A stretch of 29,751 nucleotides of DNA from the IMG/VR virus record IMGVR_UViG_3300033402_000047, positions 1 to 29,751 of that record; one strand, given 5' to 3'. The DNA is from a virus (Duplodnaviria > Caudoviricetes). The notes below the pieces were generated by a model, which did no database searches, had not been told where the DNA came from, and worked only from the letters and a program-made list of their open reading frames with translations. A program made the translations under genes and the position numbers. Positions within the stretch are counted from its first letter, which is position 1. Each line of letters begins with the position of its first letter. Of this stretch, positions 7,921-16,501 are shown piece after piece.

Positions 7921-10608
7921 ATGGCCGCCGTTAGCGAAGCCCTCCGTAACTTCCTCAACGCCCGCAAGACGCCGGCCAACGCCGACCTGATCGAGCGCTG
8001 GGGCATCTGCATGGAGACGCAAGTGAACGTTGCGGTCGGCGAGGGAGAACCGGTCGCCGGCAAACGGTCCACTTACGTCAACGGGGGCGATAGCTGGTGG
8101 AACATCCGTGTGCCCAAGGATGCCGACTCCGAACCATCCTGGGACGACTACGAGCTTCGATACTCCCTGACCGACCACGCGGAAGGCATCGGCTGCACGG
8201 GCTGGGATTGGCCGAATCGACGATCCCGTTGGGTGGCCTTCGACTTCGACGACTTGACCAGCCACGCCACGGGCGTCGGTGTCACCGATGAGGCCCTCCT
8301 GAAAGTCCAAGAGGCCGCCTCGCAGCTTCCCTACCTGGAAACCCGGCTGAGCACCGGCGGCAAAGGACGACACCTCTACGTCTATTTCGGGGCCGATGGC
8401 ATTCCGACCGAGAACCACACAGTTCACGCCGCGCTGGCCCGCTGCATCCTGGGCATGATGTCCGCGGAGTGCAACTTCGACTTCGCCTCGCAGATCGACT
8501 GCTGCGGCGGCGTCATGTGGATTTGGCATCGCAAGATGACGCCGGAGAACGGCGGCCTTCGCATCATCAAGCCCGCCACCAAGGTCCTTGCCCTTGCCGA
8601 CTTGCCGCCGAACTGGCGGGACCATATCGAAGTGGTCACGCACAAACGGTCCAAGGTGCGAATCAACGAAGTCTCCGACGAGAGGCTGGACATCTTCGAG
8701 ACCCTGACCTCGGCACAAACGATCATTCCGCTGGACGGGAAGCACAAGGCCGTAATCGAAACCTTGCAGCAGTCCGGCTACACCACTCTATGGGTGAGCG
8801 ACCACAACCTCTTACAGACGCACACCTGCGCGCTCAAGAAGCTCATGGACGAGCAGGCCAAGGAATTGAGACTGGAGGGCGTGTTCGAGACGAACTCTCG
8901 GGGCCGGCACCCGGACACCCCGAACTGCTTCATGTTCCCGTTGCCCAATGGCGCGTGGCGGGTCTACCGATTCTCGCCCGGCGTCTCGGAAGCGGCGACC
9001 TGGAGCCAGGACAAGAAGGGATGGACGACTTGCTACTTCAATCGGGCCCCCGATTTGCCCGCTGCCGCCAAGCTCCACGGCGGCCTTCTGGACCCGGAAA
9101 AGAAGGGCTACACGTTCTCCAATCCCGAGGACGCCATGAAGGCGGCTAAGATGCTGGGCCAGCCGGAAACCATCATCGACTCCCTGTTCGCCGGCCGCGA
9201 CACGACGCTCAAACCAGACAAGGACGGCCACCTGATCGTCGAGATCGAACGCCGTAAAGAAGATGCAGAACAACCGAAGCCGCAAGGCTGGCTTGCCAAA
9301 AAGACCAAGTGGGTCCGCGTTTTCGAGACCACCATACCCAATGGCCGTGAAGACGAGACCACTACCCAAAGCGCTCAATACGACAACGTCCTGCGTGCCA
9401 TCAAGACGCCAGCCGAACAGTTTGTCGCCTGGGCACTCTACGAGGCGAAGCGGAAGAAATGGGTCTACCACCCGGTCGGCAACGTCAAGATGCGGCTGCA
9501 AAGCCTCGGCAATGCCAAGGACGAAGCCGAGTGCATCATGGGCAGCGTGCTTGAGGAGAGTTGGGAACTCGTGACGCTTCCGTTCCGCGACGAATATCCC
9601 GGGCGGCGGCAATGGAACCGGGACGCCCCGCGGTTCGCCTTCCCTCCGGCTGACCTGAAACCCGATGAAGTTCCCTGCCATCCTCATTGGGACATGATCT
9701 TCGATCACCTCGGCGGCGAGCTAACGCCGGTGCTCAAGACGCTCTCCTGGGCCCAGAAAGCCGGTATCCGCACTGGGGCCGACTATCTCCGCGCTTGGGT
9801 CGCCTGCGCCTTCCGCGAACCCTTCGAGCCGCTGCCATACCTGTTCATGTTCGGGCGGCAGGACATGGGCAAGAGCACCTTCCATGAAGCCTTGATGTTC
9901 CTGGTGACAAAGGGCGTCGTCCAGGCCGACAAGGTGCTCAAGACCCGGGGCGACTTCAATGGCGAATTGGTCGGGGCCATCATCTGCGCCGTCGAGGACA
10001 CGGATATGTCCAAGAATCCCGAGGCGGCCAACAGGATCAAGGTCTACACCACGGCCCGCACGCTCTCCATCCGCGAAATGCGGATGAACACCTACCAGAC
10101 CCCCAACACCACGCACTGGGTACAGACCGCCAACCACCAGCATGAATGCCCCGTGCAATCGGACGACACGCGCATCACGGTCATCGAAGTGTGCGACCTG
10201 CTCGACGAGCAGAAAATCGCCAAGCAGATCATGGAAGCCAGGCTCAAGGAACAAGCCCCGCACTTCCTGTACACGCTGATGCACTTGCCGCTGCCGCCGG
10301 TCATCGACCGTCTGCGGCTGCCGGTCGTGACCACGGCCAGCAAGTCCCGCGTCATCGAACAGAACAAGGACGCCTTACAGCAGTTTCTCGACGAAGGCTG
10401 TGTCGTGAAACCCGACGCCCGGCTGCGTTGGGGCGAATTCTATGACGCCTTCCAAGAGACCGTGGAAGCCAGCGAGAAGCACGTTTGGTCCCGCACCAAG
10501 GTCAGCCACTCCCTGCCCAGCAAGCACCCGATTGTGAAGAGCCACGGTCAACGCTGGGTCCTGAACCTCGCACTCAAGCCGCCTGACGCAGCCGAGGTGA
10601 ATCAATGA
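7921..10608 (+). CDS. Primase-helicase: AEP/Prim-Pol-type N-terminal domain plus D5/DUF5906-like NTPase
   Basis: AEP motifs WVAFDFD (DxD) and STGGKGRHLY. C-terminal P-loop LFMFGRQDMGKST, FNGEL, QTAN and DDTRITV. GGAG RBS. Confidence 0.85.
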   Translation: MAAVSEALRNFLNARKTPANADLIERWGICMETQVNVAVGEGEPVAGKRSTYVNGGDSWWNIRVPKDADSEPSWDDYELRYSLTDHAEGIGCTGWDWPNRRSRWVAFDFDDLTSHATGVGVTDEALLKVQEAASQLPYLETRLSTGGKGRHLYVYFGADGIPTENHTVHAALARCILGMMSAECNFDFASQIDCCGGVMWIWHRKMTPENGGLRIIKPATKVLALADLPPNWRDHIEVVTHKRSKVRINEVSDERLDIFETLTSAQTIIPLDGKHKAVIETLQQSGYTTLWVSDHNLLQTHTCALKKLMDEQAKELRLEGVFETNSRGRHPDTPNCFMFPLPNGAWRVYRFSPGVSEAATWSQDKKGWTTCYFNRAPDLPAAAKLHGGLLDPEKKGYTFSNPEDAMKAAKMLGQPETIIDSLFAGRDTTLKPDKDGHLIVEIERRKEDAEQPKPQGWLAKKTKWVRVFETTIPNGREDETTTQSAQYDNVLRAIKTPAEQFVAWALYEAKRKKWVYHPVGNVKMRLQSLGNAKDEAECIMGSVLEESWELVTLPFRDEYPGRRQWNRDAPRFAFPPADLKPDEVPCHPHWDMIFDHLGGELTPVLKTLSWAQKAGIRTGADYLRAWVACAFREPFEPLPYLFMFGRQDMGKSTFHEALMFLVTKGVVQADKVLKTRGDFNGELVGAIICAVEDTDMSKNPEAANRIKVYTTARTLSIREMRMNTYQTPNTTHWVQTANHQHECPVQSDDTRITVIEVCDLLDEQKIAKQIMEARLKEQAPHFLYTLMHLPLPPVIDRLRLPVVTTASKSRVIEQNKDALQQFLDEGCVVKPDARLRWGEFYDAFQETVEASEKHVWSRTKVSHSLPSKHPIVKSHGQRWVLNLALKPPDAAEVNQ

Positions 10609-10787
10609 GGATTCTCGTCTACGCCACCACCCGCCGTATCACTCGATCCATCCTCGGCGTGCGGCTTGTCGCCGACGTGGACGCGGATCAAGAGCCCGAG
10701 GACCCGGACTACTTCGCCGCCCAGTACGAAGGCGATTTCATCGACATCCCATCAGGAGAACGCGACTGTGAAGTACAGCATGATTGA
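10605..10787 (+). CDS. Hypothetical acidic protein (60 aa)
   Basis: ATGA overlap with the primase stop, and phage-like codon usage. Confidence 0.65.
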   Translation: MRILVYATTRRITRSILGVRLVADVDADQEPEDPDYFAAQYEGDFIDIPSGERDCEVQHD

Positions 10788-11202
10788 CAACGGCAAGCGG
10801 CAATCCTTCGGCAAGGGCATGGCGATCCGCGACACCGCCGACGACAAGCCCCGTCCCGACCTGATCTCGCCGTTCGCTGACGAGCGTTTGGGCCATTGGC
10901 TCCGCATGGGAGCCCGCAAGTACGCCGAACGCAATTGGGAGAAGGGGATGCCCTTCTCGCGGTGCGTAGCCTCCTTGCGGCGACACGTCATGCGCTACCA
11001 GCAGGGCCGGCGCGACGAAGATCACCTGGCTGCCGTCCTCTTCAACGCAATGGCCTTGATCCACTACGAGGAAATGATCGAGCGCAGCGTGCTCCCGGCC
11101 AGCCTGAACGACATGCCGATCTACGAGAAGATCGCCGTCCGGCGGCGTCGGCCTCGCAAGGTTCGGAGGACCCACAAGTCCAAGGCCCGCCGACGCAAGT
11201 AG
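10768..11202 (+). CDS. DUF5664-family (dATP/dGTP diphosphohydrolase-type) protein with a basic tail
   Basis: RDTADDKPRPDLISP...GARKYAERNWEKGMPFSRCVASLRRH...EDHLAAVLFNAMAL is the family signature. GTG start after AGGAG. Confidence 0.85.
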   Translation: MKYSMIDNGKRQSFGKGMAIRDTADDKPRPDLISPFADERLGHWLRMGARKYAERNWEKGMPFSRCVASLRRHVMRYQQGRRDEDHLAAVLFNAMALIHYEEMIERSVLPASLNDMPIYEKIAVRRRRPRKVRRTHKSKARRRK

Positions 11203-11217
11203 CCCTCTGCCCCGGCC

Positions 11218-11243
11218 CCGGCCCTGCGACACCGCAGGGCCGG
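11218..11243. other. Intergenic GC-rich hairpin
   Basis: Perfect 11-bp stem CCGGCCCTGCG-ACAC-CGCAGGGCCGG. No U-tract on the plus strand. Confidence 0.5.
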
Positions 11244-11267
11244 AGGCAAACTGACCGAGCACACCAA

Positions 11268-11879
11268 ATGCAAACCTATTCCGGCCTCGTGCATCTCAAC
11301 GGCAACCTGCTCGTCTCGGTGGACCTGGAGACCACCGGCCGCCAGCCGGGCTACCACGAGATCATCCAAGTCGCGTGCGTGCCCCTGGACTCGCAGTTGA
11401 AGCCCTCGGCCACCCTGCGGCCGTTCTCCACGAGCGTCCGGCCCGACTATCCCGAGCGGGCTGAGAAGGGTGCAATGTGCAAGCATGGCATCCCAATGGA
11501 GGACCTGCTCCTGCACGCCCCAAGCCAGGACAAGGCGCGGGACCTGCTGGTCGAGTGGTTCGAGAGCCTGGACCTGCCGTTCAAGAAGAACCTCACGCCG
11601 CTGGCCCACAACTGGGCCTTTGAGGCATCGTTCCTCAAAGCCTGGCTAGGCATCGCACTCTTCGAGGAGATTTGGCACGGCTTCGCCCGCGACGGGATGC
11701 TGCTGGCCATCGCCATCAATGATCGAGCGGCGATGCGGGGCGAGGAGCTTCCCTTCAACCGGGTCAGTCTCGGCTCGCTCTGCAACAAGTTCCACGTCGT
11801 CAACGCCCATGCCCACGACGCCCTGGCGGATGCCGTCGCCGAGGCGGAAGTCTACCGGGCCCTGGTTCAGATGTACTGA
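11268..11879 (+). CDS. DEDDh 3'-5' exonuclease (DnaQ-like)
   Basis: ExoI VDLETTG, ExoII AHNWAFE, ExoIII HDALADA. True start MQTYSG at 11268. Confidence 0.9.
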   Translation: MQTYSGLVHLNGNLLVSVDLETTGRQPGYHEIIQVACVPLDSQLKPSATLRPFSTSVRPDYPERAEKGAMCKHGIPMEDLLLHAPSQDKARDLLVEWFESLDLPFKKNLTPLAHNWAFEASFLKAWLGIALFEEIWHGFARDGMLLAIAINDRAAMRGEELPFNRVSLGSLCNKFHVVNAHAHDALADAVAEAEVYRALVQMY

Positions 11880-11887
11880 GGTGAACA

Positions 11888-12916
11888 GTGGGACCAGTCC
11901 TCACGCTCGACAACTGGAACTCGATCATCCAGCAGGTCAATGCGCTGGCCGGCAGCCCGCCGGCCGGCTGCAATGCCGTCGCGCCTTTGCAGCAAGTGAC
12001 CGATCCGCACCTCTGGTCCAAGACCGACATTCAGCAGGTCCAGCAGACGCTCCAGAATATCTGCTCGTCGGACACGTTCGACAGTCCGATCCCCGACCTC
12101 TGGAAGCAGAAGACCATCGACGACATCCTGGCGGCCATCCAGAACGGCTGGTGCAACTGCCAGCAGCTTTCCGAAGTGGCCTACCAGGTCGTCAAGATTC
12201 ACGGCTGCGAGAAGTACGATTGCCAGAACTTGCCGCCTGACCCACCGTACTGGCCGACTTACGTGCAAGGTGGCACCAACCTAAGCTCTCAGATACTCAA
12301 CGCCTGCAACCTTTATGCACAGGCCCATGACGCCTGGTGCGCCGCCAAGGCCCAACTCGCCACTGCGCAAAGCAAGTACCCGCCGGACCAGAACCTTATC
12401 AACTCCCTGCAAGCGACGGTCAACGCGAAGCAGACGGACATGACCACGCAGTCAACGACCGCCGACAATCTCGCCAACGCGCAAAACAACCTCTGCCTGA
12501 ACTATCCAATCGCCGGTACAAGCGAGAGCGGCGTGAAGAATATGTGGTTCATGGTGATGAACCTCACGCCCCGCAAGTGGATCAATCGGCCGTGTGGCCA
12601 GTTCAACTGGATGGGCAACAATTGGACGCTTGGCTACCAGCCAAACGGTGCCGGTGCCTTCACGTATTGCTGCAACGGCTATTTCACGCCGAACGGCATC
12701 CCCTTCCTTGGCATGTGGGGCTCCTCCGCTCCCCTGTCCGCGACCGTCGCCGTCTGGTGTTGCGACGGGCCGGGTGGAGCAGGCTGCGATGCCGACCCCG
12801 ACTATTCCTGGTTTCCTCCTTACGCGCCAAGGAATATGTGCTGGATCGCCGAGAACACGACGCAGATGGATGGCTACACCACCTGGCAGATCGTTGAGCG
12901 GTACTACGCCAACTAG
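11888..12916 (+). CDS. Hypothetical Cys/Trp/Asn-rich protein (342 aa)
   Basis: GAGGTG RBS overlaps the exonuclease stop. Helical N-terminus, central coiled coil, Cys/aromatic-rich C-terminus. Confidence 0.8.
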   Translation: MGPVLTLDNWNSIIQQVNALAGSPPAGCNAVAPLQQVTDPHLWSKTDIQQVQQTLQNICSSDTFDSPIPDLWKQKTIDDILAAIQNGWCNCQQLSEVAYQVVKIHGCEKYDCQNLPPDPPYWPTYVQGGTNLSSQILNACNLYAQAHDAWCAAKAQLATAQSKYPPDQNLINSLQATVNAKQTDMTTQSTTADNLANAQNNLCLNYPIAGTSESGVKNMWFMVMNLTPRKWINRPCGQFNWMGNNWTLGYQPNGAGAFTYCCNGYFTPNGIPFLGMWGSSAPLSATVAVWCCDGPGGAGCDADPDYSWFPPYAPRNMCWIAENTTQMDGYTTWQIVERYYAN

Positions 12917-12927
12917 GAGACGGACCC

Positions 12928-13698
12928 ATGCCGCCAGTCATCGAACCGGACGGGACCATCCGTTACAGTGAACCGGCAACTGCGATTCCTGCAGATTGGA
13001 CGCCGAGTGCGGACAACCCGCAAGTCTACCTGCCGCCGTGGAAGCACTGCGCCCACCGCTTGCTCGGCTTCAAGACCACGACAATGGAGCTTACGCCGAC
13101 CTGCCTGCTGGCCGGCGGCCCGGTGCCGATTTCCGACTGCATCAACTGCCCCAACTGCAAGGAGCCGGGGCCGGACCACTACTACAACCTGGACCCTCGC
13201 AACCAGGTCCGGCCTGAATCCCCGAACCCGGGACACGGCCCCGGCTACCAGTACACCGTCGTCGCGGAGCTTGGCAAGCCCCCGCAACCCGCTCCGCGGC
13301 CGGGCAAGACCGTACCTGAGCCCAGTCCGCCGCCTAGCGGTCCGGTACTCCCGCCCACGTCCTCGCGGCTGGCCGAGCTTGGCCAGACCTTGCCGCCGAC
13401 CGCGCCTACCGACCGGCCCGTCCACTTCGAGCCGGATGGCAGCATCGTCTACGAGCCGGTCGAAGGCCAATGGGAACCGCCGCGGGACATCAACGGCTAC
13501 CAGCGTGATCCGAATAACCCGCTGCGGTTCATCCCGCTCTGGCCGCAATGCCAGTTGCGGCACCAACTGGCCGTCCGGTATCCCAACTGCGGCTGCATCA
13601 ACGTAGTCATGCGGTGCAACAACCCGGTGGTGCCAGAATTCGCCGACCGGCTGGCGTACACGACCTGCAAGAAGTGCCCGCTCAGGAGAGCGACATGA
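12928..13698 (+). CDS. Hypothetical protein with two copies of a putative 4-Cys domain joined by a Pro-rich linker
   Basis: AGGAG RBS. Repeats EPDGTIRY...PWKHCAHR...C...CINC and EPDGSIVY...LWPQCQLR...C...CKKC. Confidence 0.82.
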   Translation: MPPVIEPDGTIRYSEPATAIPADWTPSADNPQVYLPPWKHCAHRLLGFKTTTMELTPTCLLAGGPVPISDCINCPNCKEPGPDHYYNLDPRNQVRPESPNPGHGPGYQYTVVAELGKPPQPAPRPGKTVPEPSPPPSGPVLPPTSSRLAELGQTLPPTAPTDRPVHFEPDGSIVYEPVEGQWEPPRDINGYQRDPNNPLRFIPLWPQCQLRHQLAVRYPNCGCINVVMRCNNPVVPEFADRLAYTTCKKCPLRRAT

Positions 13699-14201
13699 GT
13701 CAGCCTTGCGACAAATGCCCCGAGAGTGCGGGCATCGTAATCCCGCCAACTGGCAAGCCCGCAAGCCAGCCGTCCGTCGCCAACTACGTGGTCTACACGG
13801 GTGGTCCATTCGTTCTCCTTTACCGCATGGTCGAATTGGCCATCCCGCCGGATGCGGACCTGAAACACGGTCGGCCGGCGTTTCACGACGACGGCTCGCT
13901 GGAGTATCCTCCAGGCGAAACCGAACCCGAAGACATCGAGGGCTATCAGCGTGACGCCGAGACCCCGCGGCGTTTCCATCCTGTGTGGCCGGAGTGCCTC
14001 CACCGCCCGCTCTGCGTATCCGTCCGCGATCAGTTGCTCATCATTGCCGCTAGGTGCCAGCAGCCGGCGACAGGCCGCATGAATCGCATCGTCACGATGA
14101 ACGAGTGTCAGGTATGTACCGAGCGGCGTGCCCCTCACCCCGCCCCGCCCCTGCCAAGGCCCGGCCCTTCACCAGACAACCGCCGAGTTGAGCACCTTTA
14201 G
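13695..14201 (+). CDS. Hypothetical protein with a third copy of the 4-Cys domain
   Basis: ATG 13695 (AGGAG RBS, ATGA overlap). DDGSLEY...GYQRD...VWPECLHR...C...CQVC. The 3' end overlaps the convergent kinase-like gene by 33 nt. Confidence 0.78.
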   Translation: MSQPCDKCPESAGIVIPPTGKPASQPSVANYVVYTGGPFVLLYRMVELAIPPDADLKHGRPAFHDDGSLEYPPGETEPEDIEGYQRDAETPRRFHPVWPECLHRPLCVSVRDQLLIIAARCQQPATGRMNRIVTMNECQVCTERRAPHPAPPLPRPGPSPDNRRVEHL

Positions 14202-14849
14202 CGTCGTTCGCACGACCCTTGCTCCACACTCCACGTTACTCAGATCGGAAGTGTCAATCTGCTCCACTCGCTTGAAGTGCTTTGCGTATTCTTTGTTGGC
14301 CCGATCAAAGCTCTGGATCAAACCGTCGAGAATCGTTTGGCTCATAATCCTTCCCGGCTTGTCGGTCAGCAGGTTCTTGTGTTCCCGGTCTAGTGCCACT
14401 CGTGGCCTTGCCGTCATAAAGAACACGATGTCAACAAACCTGCAAAACCGCTTCAGGAGGAAGTAATCTACCATCACTTTCTTTTCCTGACTGGTCAGGC
14501 GATTATTGTCTGCGTGCCATTGAATCCAGGCCAGGGCATCAAACACTCCCCGATCAATGATGACGAACTCCGGGGCTCTTTCGAGTGCCTCAAGAAGCCA
14601 GCAGAGCGACGTTGATGCCGTCCAGACGTTGTAATGGAAGCTGCACTTGTCGGAGAGCGGCGACACGCTTCCACTTTCGCCTATCGTGCGGACGCGGAAG
14701 GCATTTCTGCGCAGGAACATCGCAAGACTGTGCGCCGTCGATGTCTTCCCCGATTTTGGCGTGCCGGAGAACTCAATGACCAGTGGCCTGTTGATGTGGA
14801 CGATGTTCTCTCGCAACTCTCCTGCAAGAGCCTCCAGTTCATCAATCAT
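14169..14849 (-). CDS. P-loop NTPase of thymidylate/deoxynucleoside-kinase-like fold
   Basis: VIEFSGTPKSGKTS (Walker A), IIDRGVFD (DR motif), DIVFFMTARPRVALDRE (lid), QIDTS. Likely start MIDELE at 14849, overlapping the upstream stop (ATGATTGA). Confidence 0.82.
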   Translation of the reverse strand: MIDELEALAGELRENIVHINRPLVIEFSGTPKSGKTSTAHSLAMFLRRNAFRVRTIGESGSVSPLSDKCSFHYNVWTASTSLCWLLEALERAPEFVIIDRGVFDALAWIQWHADNNRLTSQEKKVMVDYFLLKRFCRFVDIVFFMTARPRVALDREHKNLLTDKPGRIMSQTILDGLIQSFDRANKEYAKHFKRVEQIDTSDLSNVECGARVVRTTLKVLNSAVVW

Positions 14850-15489
14850 TCTCTGCTTGTCTTTCTCCTGCGATGTTCTCGGCGGTCTGTTCTTTGCTCG
14901 GCGCATCAGCGTTCTCCTGTTCTTGGAATTGCCAGCGTGGCGATGTTATACTTTGGAAGGCCGTTGTCGCCAGTTCGGTTGACAGTCTCGATTGCGCGAG
15001 GATCACAGATACTTCAGCCGCTCGCCTCTTAAAGTCCAGGTAGCCGGGGTCATCTCCACCCCGCCATTTCAAAGGAACACTGTCACGAATGGCGCTCCGC
15101 AAACCCTGGTAATGTTGGCGAAAACGTCCAAGGGAGGCAATGTCGCTGTCCGACAAGCGGCGCGCCGCTGCAATCTCGGTGACGATCGCTTCGACTCGAC
15201 CTTCAGTTGACGAAATCCGCTCTAGCAGTTTCCACCGACGATCAGCGAAGTCTGGAAGGTCGTTCTTCTCGTAGACGGTGTACCTCCACAGTTTCCAAAT
15301 TGCAAAGAAGTCCCCGTACAGAAAGTGGAACTCCTTCCGGGCCTCAAGAGCGAGTTCGCGTGCCTTTTGCTTTACGTTCCAAAAGACTGTCAGCCTCTTC
15401 CCGACAAGCCACACAACGCCGATGCTCACCATACTGAAGAGGAAGGTTGGTATGGCCTTCACTACTTCGTCACCAAGCGATACCGGCAT
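14842..15489 (-). CDS. Hypothetical protein with one N-terminal transmembrane helix and a helical soluble domain
   Basis: GGAG RBS before ATG 15489. Hydrophobic segment AIPTFLFSMVSIGVVWLVG. Coupled to the kinase-like gene. Confidence 0.75.
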   Translation of the reverse strand: MPVSLGDEVVKAIPTFLFSMVSIGVVWLVGKRLTVFWNVKQKARELALEARKEFHFLYGDFFAIWKLWRYTVYEKNDLPDFADRRWKLLERISSTEGRVEAIVTEIAAARRLSDSDIASLGRFRQHYQGLRSAIRDSVPLKWRGGDDPGYLDFKRRAAEVSVILAQSRLSTELATTAFQSITSPRWQFQEQENADAPSKEQTAENIAGERQAEND

Positions 15490-15526
15490 CGGTCTGTCTC
15501 CAAAAATGGCCTCTTTCCGCGGAAAA

Positions 15527-16099
15527 TCACCGCTGCTCCGCGATTGCGGCCAGTTCCCTGACGGTCCGGTCGAGTTCCTCAAGCAGCGGACTCGTGCCCG
15601 ACCGCTTCAGGACATCAACTATTTCACGATAATACCAGAGGTTCAGCCTGCCCCCTCCTTGCAACCGTTCCCAGAAATCGCCACCTTCACAGCGGTAGCC
15701 GCGCAGCGATGATCTGACATTGTGCAGCGTATCGGCCGCAACAACCAGGCGGATGGACGGTGAGGCGTGGATCAGTCTCGCCAAGAAAGCGTCCTTACGT
15801 TCCTGCCACGGCCCTTTTGGAACCGTGTACGTATCTGTGCATCCCTCAACAATCGTTGTGACCGTCTCCCCAAACCGTTGGCGGATTACCTCGGCCGTTG
15901 CTGAACCACCTTGGTCTTCAATCGCGTCGTGCAACAGGGCTGCAATTGCCTCATCTTCGTCGGCACCGTAATCCAATGCGATGGACGCAACGCCGAGCAA
16001 ATGTGCCACGTATGGGACGCCGCCGAACTTGCGCACCTGTTTCGCGTGCAACTGGGTTGCGTACTTCAAGGCGTCGTCAAATCGCGCGCTCAGTTTCAT
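15527..16099 (-). CDS. HD-domain hydrolase, Mesh1/SpoT-like small alarmone hydrolase family
   Basis: HAKQVRK..GVPYVAHLLGVA, AALLHDAIED and ADTLHN (consensus AD[KR]LHN) are the RelA/SpoT hydrolase motifs. No synthetase domain. Confidence 0.88.
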   Translation of the reverse strand: MKLSARFDDALKYATQLHAKQVRKFGGVPYVAHLLGVASIALDYGADEDEAIAALLHDAIEDQGGSATAEVIRQRFGETVTTIVEGCTDTYTVPKGPWQERKDAFLARLIHASPSIRLVVAADTLHNVRSSLRGYRCEGGDFWERLQGGGRLNLWYYREIVDVLKRSGTSPLLEELDRTVRELAAIAEQR

Positions 16100-16268
16100 T
16101 CATTCTGGATGCTGTTAGAGCAAAATCACGGTCGGCCATTCACTCGCCTCGTCTCGCGGTGTACCCAATCGCAGTGCTGGAACATGGGTTGGCCGCTAGG
16201 CGCGGTCCCCTCCTTCTCCGATTCCCCCGCTGGGGCGGATTGCCCACCCTGCTCCCTCATTGTGCGCT

Positions 16269-16297
16269 AGCATAGTCAAAAGGCTGGCGGTACACAA
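16269..16297 (-). promoter_or_regulatory. Sigma70-like promoter for the HD-TM-kinase cassette
   Basis: TTGTGT (16297-16292)-N17-TATGCT (16274-16269) on the minus strand, about 170 nt upstream of the HD gene. Confidence 0.5.
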
Positions 16298-16497
16298 GTG
16301 GCCTGCGGGAAGGCAGTTGGGCAAAACGCGCCGCGTCAAGTAGCCGTCCCAACCCGCAAGTAGGCAACGGGTATCGACTAAATGCCGGGCCCGCATATCG
16401 GCGACCGAGACCCGGTGTGGCCGGCCAACGCCACCCCCACGGGAATGGGGGGGACGTGCCGTTATCCAACCGGTCGCCGCGTGCCTTCCGAGGCCAC
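16298..16497 (-). ncRNA. Putative ~200-nt structured non-coding RNA (no family recognised)
   Basis: The termini pair (GTGGCCTCGGAAGGCA with TGCCTTCCCGCAGGCCAC). Internal stems CGGCGACCG/CGGTCGCCG, GTTGGG/CCCAAC and ACCCG/CGGGT. A promoter-like element lies just upstream. Confidence 0.5.
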
Positions 16498-16501
16498 CAA
16501 C

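Noticed and set aside
16126-16260. 44-codon minus-strand ORF (MREQGGQSAP...) starting near the predicted cassette start site
   Set aside because: It is short, has no recognisable motif and no RBS. It could be a leaderless peptide but cannot be supported from sequence alone.
16271-16384. CATAGTC and GACTAAATG resemble group I intron S and R (P7) elements
   Set aside because: They are in the wrong order on both strands, there is no interrupted gene or P3-P6 core, and CATAGTC is explained by the predicted -10 region.
16482-16499. ...GAGGCCACCA looks like a tRNA/tmRNA 3' end
   Set aside because: There is no T-loop (GTTCRA), cloverleaf or tag reading frame. The sequence is part of the closing stem of the ncRNA candidate.
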